Virus record (IMG/VR): IMGVR_UViG_2643221933_000001
Location: 1-64,000 of that record
Length of the DNA stretch: 64,000 bases
DNA from: a virus
Taxonomy: Duplodnaviria > Caudoviricetes
Reading direction: 5' to 3' (one strand)
A program made the translations under genes and the position numbers. The notes under the pieces were generated by a model that did no database searches, was not told where the DNA came from, and saw nothing but the letters and a program-made list of their open reading frames with translations. Shown piece after piece: positions 8,001-16,846 of this stretch; position 1 is the first letter of the stretch, and every line of letters begins with the position of its first letter.

Positions 8001-11000
8001 CTGAGCGATCTCGGGGCCGAAGTAGGAACCTGCCTGGTCGACCAGGAAGTTGCGGTCGCCCTGATCGAGGACGGCCCGCTTGCGGCCATACTGCTGTGTC
8101 GTCAGCGCCCGATCGAGATCCTGGCTAGGGTTCTTCAGCAGAGCCTTCTGCTGCTCCTCGAGCTTCTGGATCTCCAGAGCACGGGAAGCGTTGACCTCAG
8201 CCAGTTCAGCAGCGCGGATGCCCGCGGAGGTCTGCTTCAGGTCGTGAAGTTCGCGGATCAGATCGGTGACCGAAAGGGTGTCATCCTTGATGGACAGGCC
8301 GAGCTCAGCGAACTGGTGACGCAGCTCGTCGATCTTGGCGCCCCGCATCAGCTCGTTGGTTTCGAGCTCGCCCTTGCGATCGATGACGCCCTGAATAGCC
8401 TGGTCGATCGAGGTGATCTTCTTCGCCGTGGCGTCGGCCGCGCCTTCCAGCTGGCTCGTGCGGCCCCGGAGGTCATCCAGCTCCTGCGCCAGATCCTTGC
8501 TGCTGTCGGACCACGAGTAGAAGGCGGTCGCAGCCGCGATCGCAGCGGTCGCCACGAGACCGAACCAGCCAGCCGGTGTCATGAGGGTGAGGACGCGGAG
8601 TGCGGCGGTGAGCCCACCAAGTATCGTCGTCGCCCCCATGGCCTCCGTGGCCATCAGCATCATGCCAGTGCGGATGCTGCCGAGCACCGGCATCATGTTC
8701 GTGAGGCTGCTGAGCAGCGACATTCCGAGGGAAGCCGCCATGATGGTGCCGAGGGAAGCTGCAGCGACCCCGACGACCTTCAGCACGTTCGGGACTTCGG
8801 TCAGTCCGGACACCAGTCCGGTCACGCCCGAGAGCACCTGCTGCATCATGTTCAGGACAGGCTCGAAGCCAGTGTAAGCCGCTGCGGTCAGAACGCCGCC
8901 GAGGTTCTTCGCCGTGTTGGCAAAGGACTGCATCTGGATCGCGTTGGCTTCCGTGGCCGCGGCCGACAGAACGAACGAGCGCTGCAGATCGTAGGCCAGT
9001 TCGGTGTTGTTGGAGAGCGCGACGAACGCTGCAGCCGAACGGAGCTCGAGAGCTTCGTAGGCCTGAGCCGCGCCAAAGCCGGCGCTCTTTAGCGTTTCGA
9101 TGACCGGCAGGAAGCCCTTGGTCTTGACGTTCACATCTTCGATGCTCAGTCCGGCAGCACTAAGCGTCTGCACCAGCTTCTTCGAAGGCGACTGCAGGTC
9201 GGTCAACAGGGAGCGGAAGCCGGTACCCATGGTGGAGGCACGGATACCAGACTGCGACAGAGCGCCGAGAATGGACGTGGTCTCTTCAAGTGTCAGGCCG
9301 ACTTCGTTCGCGGTCGGGCCGATGTAGTTCAGCGCCGTGACGAGCTTGTCCACCGACAGCTTCGAGAGGTTGAGCGCGGCGGTGTAGGTATTGGCCACGT
9401 CGGCCGTACGGCTGGTCTCGAGGTTGAAGGCGGTCAGCGACGAGGTGACGACGTCAACAGCCTGAGAGAGGTCCGAACCGGTTGCGGTGGCAAACTTGGT
9501 GACAGCGCCGAGCGACTGCGTGACATCAGCCGTAGACAGACCTGCCTGGGCCAGCATCGTTGCGGCCTTCGTCATCTCGAGCGAGGTGAACGGCACGGTC
9601 GCGGAGATGTCGAGGAGGTTCTTCTTGAAGTCGACCATCTCGCGGTTGGTCGCGGTCGAGATAGCCTGGAACTGATGGAGCTCTTTGTCGAGCTCGACGA
9701 TGCCCGAAGCCGTGCTGCGGATCGTGTTGAAGAGAGCCCCGACGACCATGAAGTTTGCAGCGACACGGCCCTGTACGGCCATCATGTCGGCGCCGCCGTT
9801 GCTGTTAAGGCGCTCATAGGTAGCGTCAAAGACGCCGCGTGGTGCGGAGGTGCTGCCAGTCTCGCGGAGGTTCTGGGCTGCGGTGATCTTCTTCTGCCGG
9901 CGGTGTTCGCGAAGCGACTGCTCGGCGTTGACCAGGTCGGTGTCTGCTGCTTTCAGGCGGGCGGCTGCGGCCCGCTCTTCGGCCTTGAGGGCCCGTTCTT
10001 CTTCCCGCCGCTGCTTCTCTTCCAGCGCCCGGGAGTTGAGCATCGTCTGGATGCGGTAGCGCGAGTTCCGCGCCTTGGCCGCGGCTTCGGCATCCGCTTC
10101 CTTCTGGGCATCCTGAGCGGCCTTGTCCTCGATCGCTTCCGTACGCTGACGGATACGCATGCGGGTGAGGCTGTTCTTGACCCGCTGGGCTGCTTCCTGT
10201 TCAGCTGCCCTTGCGGCCGCTGCTTCGGCGCGACGGGCCTCGAGCGCAACACGCTCGGCGTCGATCTGGGCCTGCTTCTCTGCACGGGCACGAGCTGCCT
10301 GCTGAGCGGCCGCTTCCTTGTCCATCTTGCGCTGATACGGATCGATGAAGTTTTCAGCGCGGTACCGGCGGGCCGTCTCGCGCTGCTGGCGCAGCTGCTC
10401 GCTGAGGGCCACTGCTTCCTCGTCGAGGAACTGTGCCTTCAGCTGCATGTTGCGCATCTGGTCGCGGGACATCCGGGCCCGCTGCAGGTCGACGTCCTTG
10501 TCCTCCCGGATCAGTTTGTCGTCGCGGCGAAGGTTCTGGTTGTTCTTCGCGCTCAGCAGATCCTCGTTGCCGTAGACCTGGAAGGTACGACGGGTGCTGA
10601 AGGCTTCCCGCTTTGCGAAGATATCCTGATAGGCCTGGTCGGACTCGCGGATGAGCTTCTCAACCTTGCGGGCCTCGTTGCTGAAACGGGCCTTCAGGGC
10701 AGCTTCGTTCGTCCGCATCAGCTGGACGGAGCTCTTGAGAATTGCTTCGCTGATCTGAGCCTGGACAGCCTTCGACGAGCTGACCAGGTCGTTGATCGCG
10801 CCACGAGCGGCGGCACGATTTGCCTGATTGGACTGTGCCGTTTCGGTCGTGGAGCCTTGCCCTGCACGGGTGTAGATCGACGACGCGAGCCGGTCCTGCT
10901 GACGCTGTGCGGAGATGAGGGAGATCTGTCCGCGGGCTGCAGCCTTCTGCAGGTTTTCAGCCATCGCGGTGGTCATGTTCGCGATGGCTTTTTCGATGAC

Positions 11001-11120
11001 CCCTACGTTCCCGAGGAAGTCGCCGGTGACTTTGTTGAGGCTGTTACGGATCTTTTCGAGCTCTTTGTGAGCTTGACCAGTGCCGATCGTGTAATCGACG
11101 TTTACCTCATTGTCAGCCAA
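5028..11120 (-). CDS. Tape measure protein with an internal phage-tail lysozyme domain
   Basis: 2030 aa, Ala-rich/coiled coil, TMP core; AAAIAGNLAVES...GVAQW...QYDFVLHEL at ~6490-6880. Confidence 0.93.
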   Translation of the reverse strand: MADNEVNVDYTIGTGQAHKELEKIRNSLNKVTGDFLGNVGVIEKAIANMTTAMAENLQKAAARGQISLISAQRQQDRLASSIYTRAGQGSTTETAQSNQANRAAARGAINDLVSSSKAVQAQISEAILKSSVQLMRTNEAALKARFSNEARKVEKLIRESDQAYQDIFAKREAFSTRRTFQVYGNEDLLSAKNNQNLRRDDKLIREDKDVDLQRARMSRDQMRNMQLKAQFLDEEAVALSEQLRQQRETARRYRAENFIDPYQRKMDKEAAAQQAARARAEKQAQIDAERVALEARRAEAAAARAAEQEAAQRVKNSLTRMRIRQRTEAIEDKAAQDAQKEADAEAAAKARNSRYRIQTMLNSRALEEKQRREEERALKAEERAAAARLKAADTDLVNAEQSLREHRRQKKITAAQNLRETGSTSAPRGVFDATYERLNSNGGADMMAVQGRVAANFMVVGALFNTIRSTASGIVELDKELHQFQAISTATNREMVDFKKNLLDISATVPFTSLEMTKAATMLAQAGLSTADVTQSLGAVTKFATATGSDLSQAVDVVTSSLTAFNLETSRTADVANTYTAALNLSKLSVDKLVTALNYIGPTANEVGLTLEETTSILGALSQSGIRASTMGTGFRSLLTDLQSPSKKLVQTLSAAGLSIEDVNVKTKGFLPVIETLKSAGFGAAQAYEALELRSAAAFVALSNNTELAYDLQRSFVLSAAATEANAIQMQSFANTAKNLGGVLTAAAYTGFEPVLNMMQQVLSGVTGLVSGLTEVPNVLKVVGVAAASLGTIMAASLGMSLLSSLTNMMPVLGSIRTGMMLMATEAMGATTILGGLTAALRVLTLMTPAGWFGLVATAAIAAATAFYSWSDSSKDLAQELDDLRGRTSQLEGAADATAKKITSIDQAIQGVIDRKGELETNELMRGAKIDELRHQFAELGLSIKDDTLSVTDLIRELHDLKQTSAGIRAAELAEVNASRALEIQKLEEQQKALLKNPSQDLDRALTTQQYGRKRAVLDQGDRNFLVDQAGSYFGPEIAQALRLANRDMSAVSGDDALAAVAFEKRINAKIDELKLNGSVTSERDIAFLTTLKEVLQPLIANVTSLEQKREEQRQGEKKIDQASIQSSNAYKQLDTRSGQIKDEYDTRLRDLRKKGLTSEQEIEALTALDKWLEQMTDDAVETFRRSFDRDASINKLNAEPIAREFRDKMGAFGLGARGQESEAQTRQRKLLEKQTREQAAQQNEQFGRLRRDITNAPNQQALDVAKKAYTEYLKVSTEALKSHYAKLIAVTTDPDALETRQDELQYGLEKLTKDAKEVNDDAIQKEQDLLKASLQRQKEAIADTAKNIRTQIDLAQDELKRTPPSAAFDALVKKIRELTASLGGELGKISNIDTRIEAIDLSQPISEAVAGSAQAAIKHYMDRGLSKEGAAAIAGNLAVESQFNTRAVGDHGTAHGVAQWRGTRYNELRSFAIGQGKDVTDAGAQYDFVLHELQRDYPQLFNRLKNGGEDVQTLTRDFMNQFERPNADPDINHISKRLANAQAFVAGTDTSGAGEIEKSTAETNKIIEESEVKRVKTIQDATIKNLNARLGTLKTQARLNEDSGSIQEIQKQVQDAHAKIMDAELKKFDVENAEGLALPDVQLRRKELQEKLRDGLNSDVLKIMEEYYKAADEELNRPVDAAKAKLDAARQPDMAQKFTTMDFQTMEADVRDREREAAANRVLLIEKQIAEVRRYASEAESAGRNTEADMWRLQENDLIARNNELKQTNNALDAVKAQQGPSVTSAIQSSTNAWAQSNGILDAQGKMIPMAQQVGEAWGQVLDGLSNGFSEFFMNIASGTMTAGEAFKQLGSTILQMFMQIIAKALANQIIMSLFGGGAGGGNSFVDQLFQGLFATPGTAANGKIVRAANGRVIPRAANGASPFRDNVLVNVMPGEGILRKSAMDVIGDKGFNELNNLGNRQISAGALDGRAAKKDEQLQNNGQVNVWVVAPDQVPPPSDKDIIATIADNISRRGTIKTLIQQVNMGAI

Positions 11121-11466
11121 GCGAGCCCCCTATATCGGAAAAGGCCTTGGCGAGCTCGTCGAAGGTCTGAATGGCGCTGCTCTCAGCGGGCCGGCTTTCA
11201 CCACCACCGAGGGCTTCATCGACAACGAGACGGAAGGTCTCGTATGTCTGCAGGTGATGAGCCATTTGTTCCTGCGATTTCAAACTCACCAAGGTGGTCA
11301 GGTCAGTGAACGAGTACGACCAATAGACCTCGTCCAAGGAGCTGGGCCGGACGCCCAGCGTCCAGATTATGCTGTCGCGGAAGTCGAGCCCTGCAACCCA
11401 TCCAGCGAAGACTTGAGGCCCTCGAGCACGTCCTTGTTGGACTCCACCCGCTTCACCATTTTTCCC
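11113..11466 (-). CDS. Tail assembly chaperone GT C-terminal extension (-1 frame)
   Basis: -1 frame is open from the slippery site through the 74-aa ORF to the TMP start. Confidence 0.75.
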   Translation of the reverse strand, partial: GKNGEAGGVQQGRARGPQVFAGWVAGLDFRDSIIWTLGVRPSSLDEVYWSYSFTDLTTLVSLKSQEQMAHHLQTYETFRLVVDEALGGGESRPAESSAIQTFDELAKAFSDIGGSLG

Positions 11467-11762
11467 AAGGACCGAACGAAAAAAGACAGGACATGCTCCG
11501 TTGCCCAGTCGAGCACGGCTTCAATGTCGTCGATCGACATGTCCAGGTCATCCATGTCCTCGACCTTCTTGAGGATCTTGCCGGATGCCTTGCGATATGC
11601 CAGGCAGGCGCCGAGGACGTCTTCGCGGAGACCTTCGTCGAGGGAAATCTGGGGGGCAACCTCGGGAGAGCCGACCAGCTTGGCCAGTTCATTGAGGAGG
11701 CCGTACGACATCAGGAGTTCCCGGTCTTTGCCTTCGAAAACGATTGAGAGTTTGTCGGTCAT
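11367..11762 (-). CDS. Tail assembly chaperone G
   Basis: Between tail tube and TMP; contains an in-frame G GGA AAA slippery heptamer. Confidence 0.82.
   Translation of the reverse strand: MTDKLSIVFEGKDRELLMSYGLLNELAKLVGSPEVAPQISLDEGLREDVLGACLAYRKASGKILKKVEDMDDLDMSIDDIEAVLDWATEHVLSFFVRSLGKMVKRVESNKDVLEGLKSSLDGLQGSTSATA
11460..11466 (-). other. Programmed -1 ribosomal frameshift site (G GGA AAA)
   Basis: Minus strand TTG GGA AAA ATG; X XXY YYZ pattern in the correct phase. Confidence 0.8.
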
Positions 11763-11778
11763 GTCTGTCCTGTCATGG

Positions 11779-11814
11779 AAAAAGAAACGCCCCAGACATG
11801 TGGTGTCTGGGGCG
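11779..11814 (-). terminator. Intrinsic terminator after the tail tube gene
   Basis: CGCCCCAGACA/TGTCTGGGGCG stem followed by TTTCTTTTT on the minus strand. Confidence 0.7.
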
Positions 11815-11839
11815 CGTTGTTACAAGGAGTGTCCGAGGC

Positions 11840-12640
11840 TTAGCGAGCGAAGAGGATCGCGCAAGCGTTGGCGTATTCCGTGAAGAAGGGGTCGGTCGAA
11901 ACACCCGAGTACGGCGTGAACTCAAAGGGCAGATTGCCGAAGTTGTCCGTCTGGAATGCGACACCCATGCCCTTGGTGATCTTGATCTTGGGCAGGAGGA
12001 TCGTGAACGGCGCATTGTCCTTCGGGAGCAGGCCGACGATCTTCGCGGAGAACTCGGGCTGGACGTCCGTGTTGCCGACGTCGATGCGCTTGACGCGGCC
12101 CAGGCGCGAGCCAACCGGGAAGACCACGGCGGTGGCCGGCTCGTAGCCCGCAGCGATCGTGATCGTGGTCTTCGAGGTTGCGAAGACTGCCGAAGCGACC
12201 TTGGCGATGTGGACCTTGTCGTCGATGCCGTTCTGCATGAAGATGAAGTCGCCAGCAGCGAGCTTGGACGAGATGTCCGAGTTCACTTCAATCGTCTTGC
12301 CGGCCGATGCGTAGGCCGCGGAGGCCAGCCAGATGTCTTCGTTCTGGTCGAAGGCAACACCGGAAGCATCCAGACCAGCGGCGTAGCCGAGGTTCCGGAC
12401 GGTGTATTCGTAGATCTCCATGGAGCACTTGACGCCATCGGCGTTCTTCACCGACATCACGACCGAGTTCTTCACGCCCTGCGTCAGCTCGACGTACGTC
12501 GGGTCGGCAGTCATCTGGAAGTTCTTGACGAGGCCGAGCGCGTGTTCGGCGGGGTTCAGCTTGTGGAGATCCTCGGGCTTGCCCACCATGACAGTGGCCG
12601 TCGAGAGAAGGAAGTTTTTGGTCTTTGCAGCGCCAGCCAT
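11840..12640 (-). CDS. Major tail tube protein
   Basis: Position upstream of the chaperones; 266 aa; beta-rich; followed by a terminator. Confidence 0.8.
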   Translation of the reverse strand: MAGAAKTKNFLLSTATVMVGKPEDLHKLNPAEHALGLVKNFQMTADPTYVELTQGVKNSVVMSVKNADGVKCSMEIYEYTVRNLGYAAGLDASGVAFDQNEDIWLASAAYASAGKTIEVNSDISSKLAAGDFIFMQNGIDDKVHIAKVASAVFATSKTTITIAAGYEPATAVVFPVGSRLGRVKRIDVGNTDVQPEFSAKIVGLLPKDNAPFTILLPKIKITKGMGVAFQTDNFGNLPFEFTPYSGVSTDPFFTEYANACAILFAR

Positions 12641-12677
12641 GTGGGTGGTTCCTCGTGTTTATCGGCGGAGTATCTAC

Positions 12678-12705
12678 CTTGATAAATGAGGATTTATCCC
12701 CATAT
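12678..12705 (+). promoter_or_regulatory. RpoH-like promoter upstream of the Arc-like gene
   Basis: CTTGAT-N14-CCCCATAT; overlaps a weaker opposite-strand TCGCA-N16-CTCATTT in front of the tail tube gene. Confidence 0.5.
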
Positions 12706-12739
12706 TTGCGAGGAGTCTTTTGCAGCAAAGTGATGAAGA

Positions 12740-12943
12740 ATGCACCGTATCTCAGTAGCCCTCGACGACGATCTCTCGGCCCTTATCCAGAGCCGTGCGG
12801 AGATGAACAAACGCTCTATGAGCAAGGAAGTGATCTTCCTGGTAGAGGCCGCTTTGTCCGCAGAGCGTGGCAGCAATCTCGAGATCCTTCGGACCTTGAT
12901 GATTGCTCAGGGAGGGCTTCAGACTCTCACCCCATCGCCGTAA
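12740..12943 (+). CDS. Arc-like ribbon-helix-helix regulator
   Basis: RISVALDDDL...AEMNKRSMSKEVIFLVE matches the Arc/Mnt pattern. Confidence 0.8.
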   Translation: MHRISVALDDDLSALIQSRAEMNKRSMSKEVIFLVEAALSAERGSNLEILRTLMIAQGGLQTLTPSP

Positions 12944-12974
12944 CTGTACCAGCGGTTTGTTCTATGTAACTTGG

Positions 12975-13790
12975 CTAAGCCGCGTTGCTCTTATTTCGAG
13001 AAACCCACTTTTGATACTGGCGCTCCGCTCGTCCAACGATTGCCTTATACCGTTCGGGCTCTTCCTCGTGAACATGTGTGAGAGTGGCGAGTAGCCGTGC
13101 AATCTGTTTGTTATCAGTTACTGAAGCTATGAAGGCCAAGTTTCGGCCCATAAAGATCTCTGCAGTAAGTGCCCAGACTGCGAAGAATATTGCTATCACG
13201 CTGATTAAGACAAGCATATATATGATAATTGGATGTTGGATTGAAAAATCCGTAATACCAAAAGGGTCTAGCAAGCTATCTCTAATCGAAAAGACGGGTA
13301 ATTCCGTCCCGCCTAGGATAAATTTTTCAGCTGGATACACAGAGTCGTAGGAGTTGATGACGACTAATGTAGCCGCACCTCTCGGCAGGACAGAGACTGT
13401 CGCGTCTGTGATTGAAGGGTCGATGAAGCGAAAGTTCTTTTGGTCTTCGACATAAGCGTAGATGTTACGACCCATCACTACTTTGATGTCGGGCACTAGG
13501 TTCGGGCCGTCGTTTTTGATCTTGTAGATCGAGAGGCTGACAGAATCGCCTATAATGAAGTCTTTATTTATTTTTTGGAAGGTAGACGGTTCGGTAAAGT
13601 CTAGTGCAGGTGTAAGCCGTGTCAGCGCTTCCTTAAAGGCTGCGGTCGCTATATTGCTTTGATAGTATTCAATATCAATATCAGATGATACATCTCTTGG
13701 GCTCGTTGTGAAGAAATAAAAACTTAGCGCGAGTAAGATCGTACCGGGTATCGTGGCGGCTATGATTTGGGATATAAATGAGTTGCGCAC
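12975..13790 (-). CDS. AT-rich membrane protein (moron)
   Basis: 271 aa with N-terminal and C-terminal hydrophobic segments; AGGAG RBS and GTG start; low GC. Confidence 0.7.
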   Translation of the reverse strand: MRNSFISQIIAATIPGTILLALSFYFFTTSPRDVSSDIDIEYYQSNIATAAFKEALTRLTPALDFTEPSTFQKINKDFIIGDSVSLSIYKIKNDGPNLVPDIKVVMGRNIYAYVEDQKNFRFIDPSITDATVSVLPRGAATLVVINSYDSVYPAEKFILGGTELPVFSIRDSLLDPFGITDFSIQHPIIIYMLVLISVIAIFFAVWALTAEIFMGRNLAFIASVTDNKQIARLLATLTHVHEEEPERYKAIVGRAERQYQKWVSRNKSNAA

Positions 13791-13866
13791 GTTCTTCTCC
13801 TGCTAAAGGAGCTACATTATCGCAATGCTCACGGAGAGATAACCCTAGAATGGGTCTCTACACAGT

Positions 13867-14322
13867 TTAGCCCACCGCCGTAATCGGGTCGATCACGAAG
13901 CTGCACTGGACGAACTGCAAAGGCCGAGCATCGGCCCTTGTCATTGGCATCACCGTGGTGCCATCAGCGACGAGGATCCACCCCGTTTGCTTGCAGGCCT
14001 CTGCGTCGTAGAAGGGGATCTTGCTCCCCGGCCGCATGCGCCGATACGCTTCCCCCACATAGTTCCGAAGACGAAACAGGTTCTTGTCACTCGCGAAGGT
14101 CGAGATGCCGATCGTGAAGGAGCCGTTGAAGGTTTCCGGCTCGTCTTCGGTCAGGGCCAGTGTAGTCAGGCCTACCAGGTCGTGGTCGGGCAGCTCGAAG
14201 ATGTTGGCATGGGCTTCCCAGTCGATGAACTCGATGGTCTCTCCGGTGTGGACGATCTTGCGATCTTCAATGATGCCCATCGCGAACATGGTGAGGGAGC
14301 TGTGCAGGTTCTCGTAGATCAT
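13867..14322 (-). CDS. Tail terminator-like protein
   Basis: 151 aa; synteny between neck genes and tail tube. Confidence 0.6.
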   Translation of the reverse strand: MIYENLHSSLTMFAMGIIEDRKIVHTGETIEFIDWEAHANIFELPDHDLVGLTTLALTEDEPETFNGSFTIGISTFASDKNLFRLRNYVGEAYRRMRPGSKIPFYDAEACKQTGWILVADGTTVMPMTRADARPLQFVQCSFVIDPITAVG

Positions 14323-14328
14323 GGGGCC

Positions 14329-15216
14329 TCAGCGTGAGCGAATTGCGTTTGAGATCGCCGTGCCGACCAGGCGCGGGATACGGGTGAGCATCCAGTATGA
14401 GAAGACCGGTTGCAGGAGCGGGCGCTGGTATCCTTCGACGCCCTGGAGTTTCATGAGCGCGTCAGGCGAAAGCCCGAGGCTTTTCTCAAACGCCATTGAG
14501 GGGTCAGTGGTGGCCGGGTCTTCTGTGAGAAACCCCTTCAGCGTCCGGATGGGCACCTTCGGCATGAAGCGCAGCTGCAGCCGGCCAACGCGGATACGGC
14601 GCTGGTTATTGACGACCCGGAGGGACTTGGCCGTGGCGCTCTTTGCATAGAAGATCTTGACCGTTCCGGTGCGATCGACGACGTTCTGAGCAAGTGCCTT
14701 GATCTCTTTCTGCAGCGAACCCGTGTGGACAAAGAACTTGGTGGCCTGTTCTCGAGGCGTTGTTCCCTTGGTCGCCTTACCCCCCGCAGATTTCTTCATG
14801 ATGGTGCGGCGGCTGAGGGCTTGCCATTGCAGTTCAAACCCCTGGCTACCAAACACCTGGGTAAGGCCCGCGGACGGGTTGATCAGAGGTAGGTCTCCCT
14901 CCCCTCCAAGACCTCGATCGCTGCCCATGTTGAAAAGCACACGCGTCGGTGCAGCGCGTGTGTTCTTGTCCATGGTCGTGTTCGACTTCACGCCTACCAT
15001 GTTCATGGCAGCGAACATGACGGCCTGGCCCAGCGAGTTGCGGATACGCGTGTCGAGGACACGCTGCAGCCGTGGGACGTCGACGCTGATGTTAGCGGAC
15101 GCCTTCCGATTGGTTTCTTCACCCATGGCCTCGACGAAGCTGCTTTGGGCGTCGACGTCGTTTTTCATCACACCCCGCCGGTTACCGACCTTGAAGGTGA
15201 CATTGACGCCGGCCAT
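14329..15216 (-). CDS. Neck/tail completion protein
   Basis: Likely start MAGVNVTF at 15216 overlapping the upstream stop; basic; W..LS..T and TGSL motifs of virion morphogenesis proteins. Confidence 0.6.
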   Translation of the reverse strand: MAGVNVTFKVGNRRGVMKNDVDAQSSFVEAMGEETNRKASANISVDVPRLQRVLDTRIRNSLGQAVMFAAMNMVGVKSNTTMDKNTRAAPTRVLFNMGSDRGLGGEGDLPLINPSAGLTQVFGSQGFELQWQALSRRTIMKKSAGGKATKGTTPREQATKFFVHTGSLQKEIKALAQNVVDRTGTVKIFYAKSATAKSLRVVNNQRRIRVGRLQLRFMPKVPIRTLKGFLTEDPATTDPSMAFEKSLGLSPDALMKLQGVEGYQRPLLQPVFSYWMLTRIPRLVGTAISNAIRSR

Positions 15217-15761
15217 TACTGGAGCTCCGACAGATAGACGCCGCGGACGATGTTCACGCGCTTGACGACCATGTTGTCGACGATGTCGCCCAGCTTCAGT
15301 TCGGCCGAAGAGAAGCATGTGACGGTCTCTTCCTTCACACGCATAGTGCCGTCTGCCTGCTCACGGTTGACGCGCTCGATGAGAACCCAGATCTGGCCCA
15401 GGTCGACCTTGCCCGCTGCCTTTTCGCGCTTCGTGAGAGGATCCAGGGTCGTGGTCTCGCGGGCCCAGGAGACGTTCTTGTTGAGCGGGATCAGCATGTG
15501 CGACCGGTACTCGATCACGCCGTACGCGAACGAGGCGTCGTGATCGGCTACCAGGAACCAGCGGCCGGCAATATCCCGGATGACGTCCAGCGTGTTCACC
15601 AGGCAGTCCGCGGATACGCGAAGCAGGCGGCGCGGTGCGCTGAAGTCATAGCCGATCAGTTTGCCTTCGGCGTCCTGTTCGACCGTGCCCTCGAAGGGCA
15701 TGTTATCCGAGCGGAACATCGTGCTGTTGAAGCGAAGGCCGGCGGTTTTCAGACTGACCAT
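15216..15761 (-). CDS. Head closure/head-tail joining protein
   Basis: Synteny and size; translational coupling. Confidence 0.55.
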   Translation of the reverse strand: MVSLKTAGLRFNSTMFRSDNMPFEGTVEQDAEGKLIGYDFSAPRRLLRVSADCLVNTLDVIRDIAGRWFLVADHDASFAYGVIEYRSHMLIPLNKNVSWARETTTLDPLTKREKAAGKVDLGQIWVLIERVNREQADGTMRVKEETVTCFSSAELKLGDIVDNMVVKRVNIVRGVYLSELQ

Positions 15762-15764
15762 GAC

Positions 15765-16484
15765 TTACCCCGTGATCGCGTCGGTGTTTGTCGTCGTGAG
15801 GAAGAACGTGACGGCCGTCTCGGTCGTGATGACCAGTGTGTCGATGGCCTCCCGATAGCGGCGCTCAGCTTCGTCCTTGAGCTTGTCGAGCTCCTTGAGG
15901 TCGACGCGGCTGAACTGCTTGACACCGTTCTGCTCGCTCTGGGCCATCCGCTGCTTAGCTGACGGCAGGACGTCGAGCACCGCCCGCATCCGGATGAGCA
16001 TATTGCCCGCCAGTTCGTCCGTCGTGCCCGAGGACAGAGCCTGGGTCAGCACGTCGGCGCCGACCTCTTTCTCGACCACCAGGTAGGCCGACAGCACGTC
16101 GATGTCCTCATCGGGCATCTCATGCTCTTCGATACCGATGAAGCTCCGCACGTCCGCGGGGCGCACAGTGTGCAGGGGTTCCGGCACAATCCGGTAGGTC
16201 CGGATGAGCTGGACCTCTTCACCGCCAGCTTTGTAGTCGACGACCACTGTGCGGCGCTCGAAGCGCCGGCCGGGAGTGATCTGATGCGCCGACGAGGGAA
16301 CGAGGATCTGGATCTGGAAGATCCCCGGGGCCACCAGGTAGGGGATGTCGGTCAAGCCGACCATCGGTGCGCCGAGCTGATCCTTGAGGGTATATTTCAC
16401 GGACCCAACGTCGGGGGGCACCGGCTGCGTCCCGATCAGGAAGGGAATGGTCAGTGCTGTCGGTGCCCCCGCGTTGACGTCCAT
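15765..16484 (-). CDS. Head-tail connector (adaptor) protein
   Basis: Likely start MDVNAG at 16484; DVRSFIGI..E.PDEDI motif; synteny. Confidence 0.6.
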   Translation of the reverse strand: MDVNAGAPTALTIPFLIGTQPVPPDVGSVKYTLKDQLGAPMVGLTDIPYLVAPGIFQIQILVPSSAHQITPGRRFERRTVVVDYKAGGEEVQLIRTYRIVPEPLHTVRPADVRSFIGIEEHEMPDEDIDVLSAYLVVEKEVGADVLTQALSSGTTDELAGNMLIRMRAVLDVLPSAKQRMAQSEQNGVKQFSRVDLKELDKLKDEAERRYREAIDTLVITTETAVTFFLTTTNTDAITG

Positions 16485-16485
16485 G

Positions 16486-16773
16486 TTAGCGGCCCTTACG
16501 CTTTGCCGCAGGTGCGTCTTCCTGCTCGAAGGTCGACAGGAACGAGCTGATCGCCAGGTCGCGGTCGCCGCTCTCAAGCCAGAAGCCTTCGAAGTCGGCG
16601 TCGGCCGCTTCATCTGGAAGTTCAGCGATCTTGGCGATCTGGTTGAGCGTCGTGCGGGCGATGACAAAATCGGTCATCAGGACGACGGACGGGCGATGCG
16701 GGGCGATGTGCTGCCCGACCGACAGGTCGATCAGTGCAAACTCACCCGTGGTTTCTGCGAGAATTTTCTGCAT
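16486..16773 (-). CDS. Hypothetical virion-module protein
   Basis: 95-aa ORF after the capsid gene. Confidence 0.6.
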   Translation of the reverse strand: MQKILAETTGEFALIDLSVGQHIAPHRPSVVLMTDFVIARTTLNQIAKIAELPDEAADADFEGFWLESGDRDLAISSFLSTFEQEDAPAAKRKGR

Positions 16774-16846
16774 GGAGGGCTCCGAAAAAAAGAAGCCCGC
16801 CGTCCAAGGTATGAACGACGGGCCGGGTGGGTGAACTCCGCGAGGC

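Noticed and set aside
5706-9092. 1128-aa plus-strand ORF and other long antisense ORFs (268-1251, 9675-11309, 19815-21680, 24184-25578, 27000-28706, 35775-37067, 44779-46089, 62779-63906)
   Set aside because: They are shadows of strongly codon-biased GC-rich genes on the opposite strand, with no motifs or RBS.
11113-11337. Independent 74-aa gene
   Set aside because: Better explained as the -1 frameshift extension of the chaperone gene.
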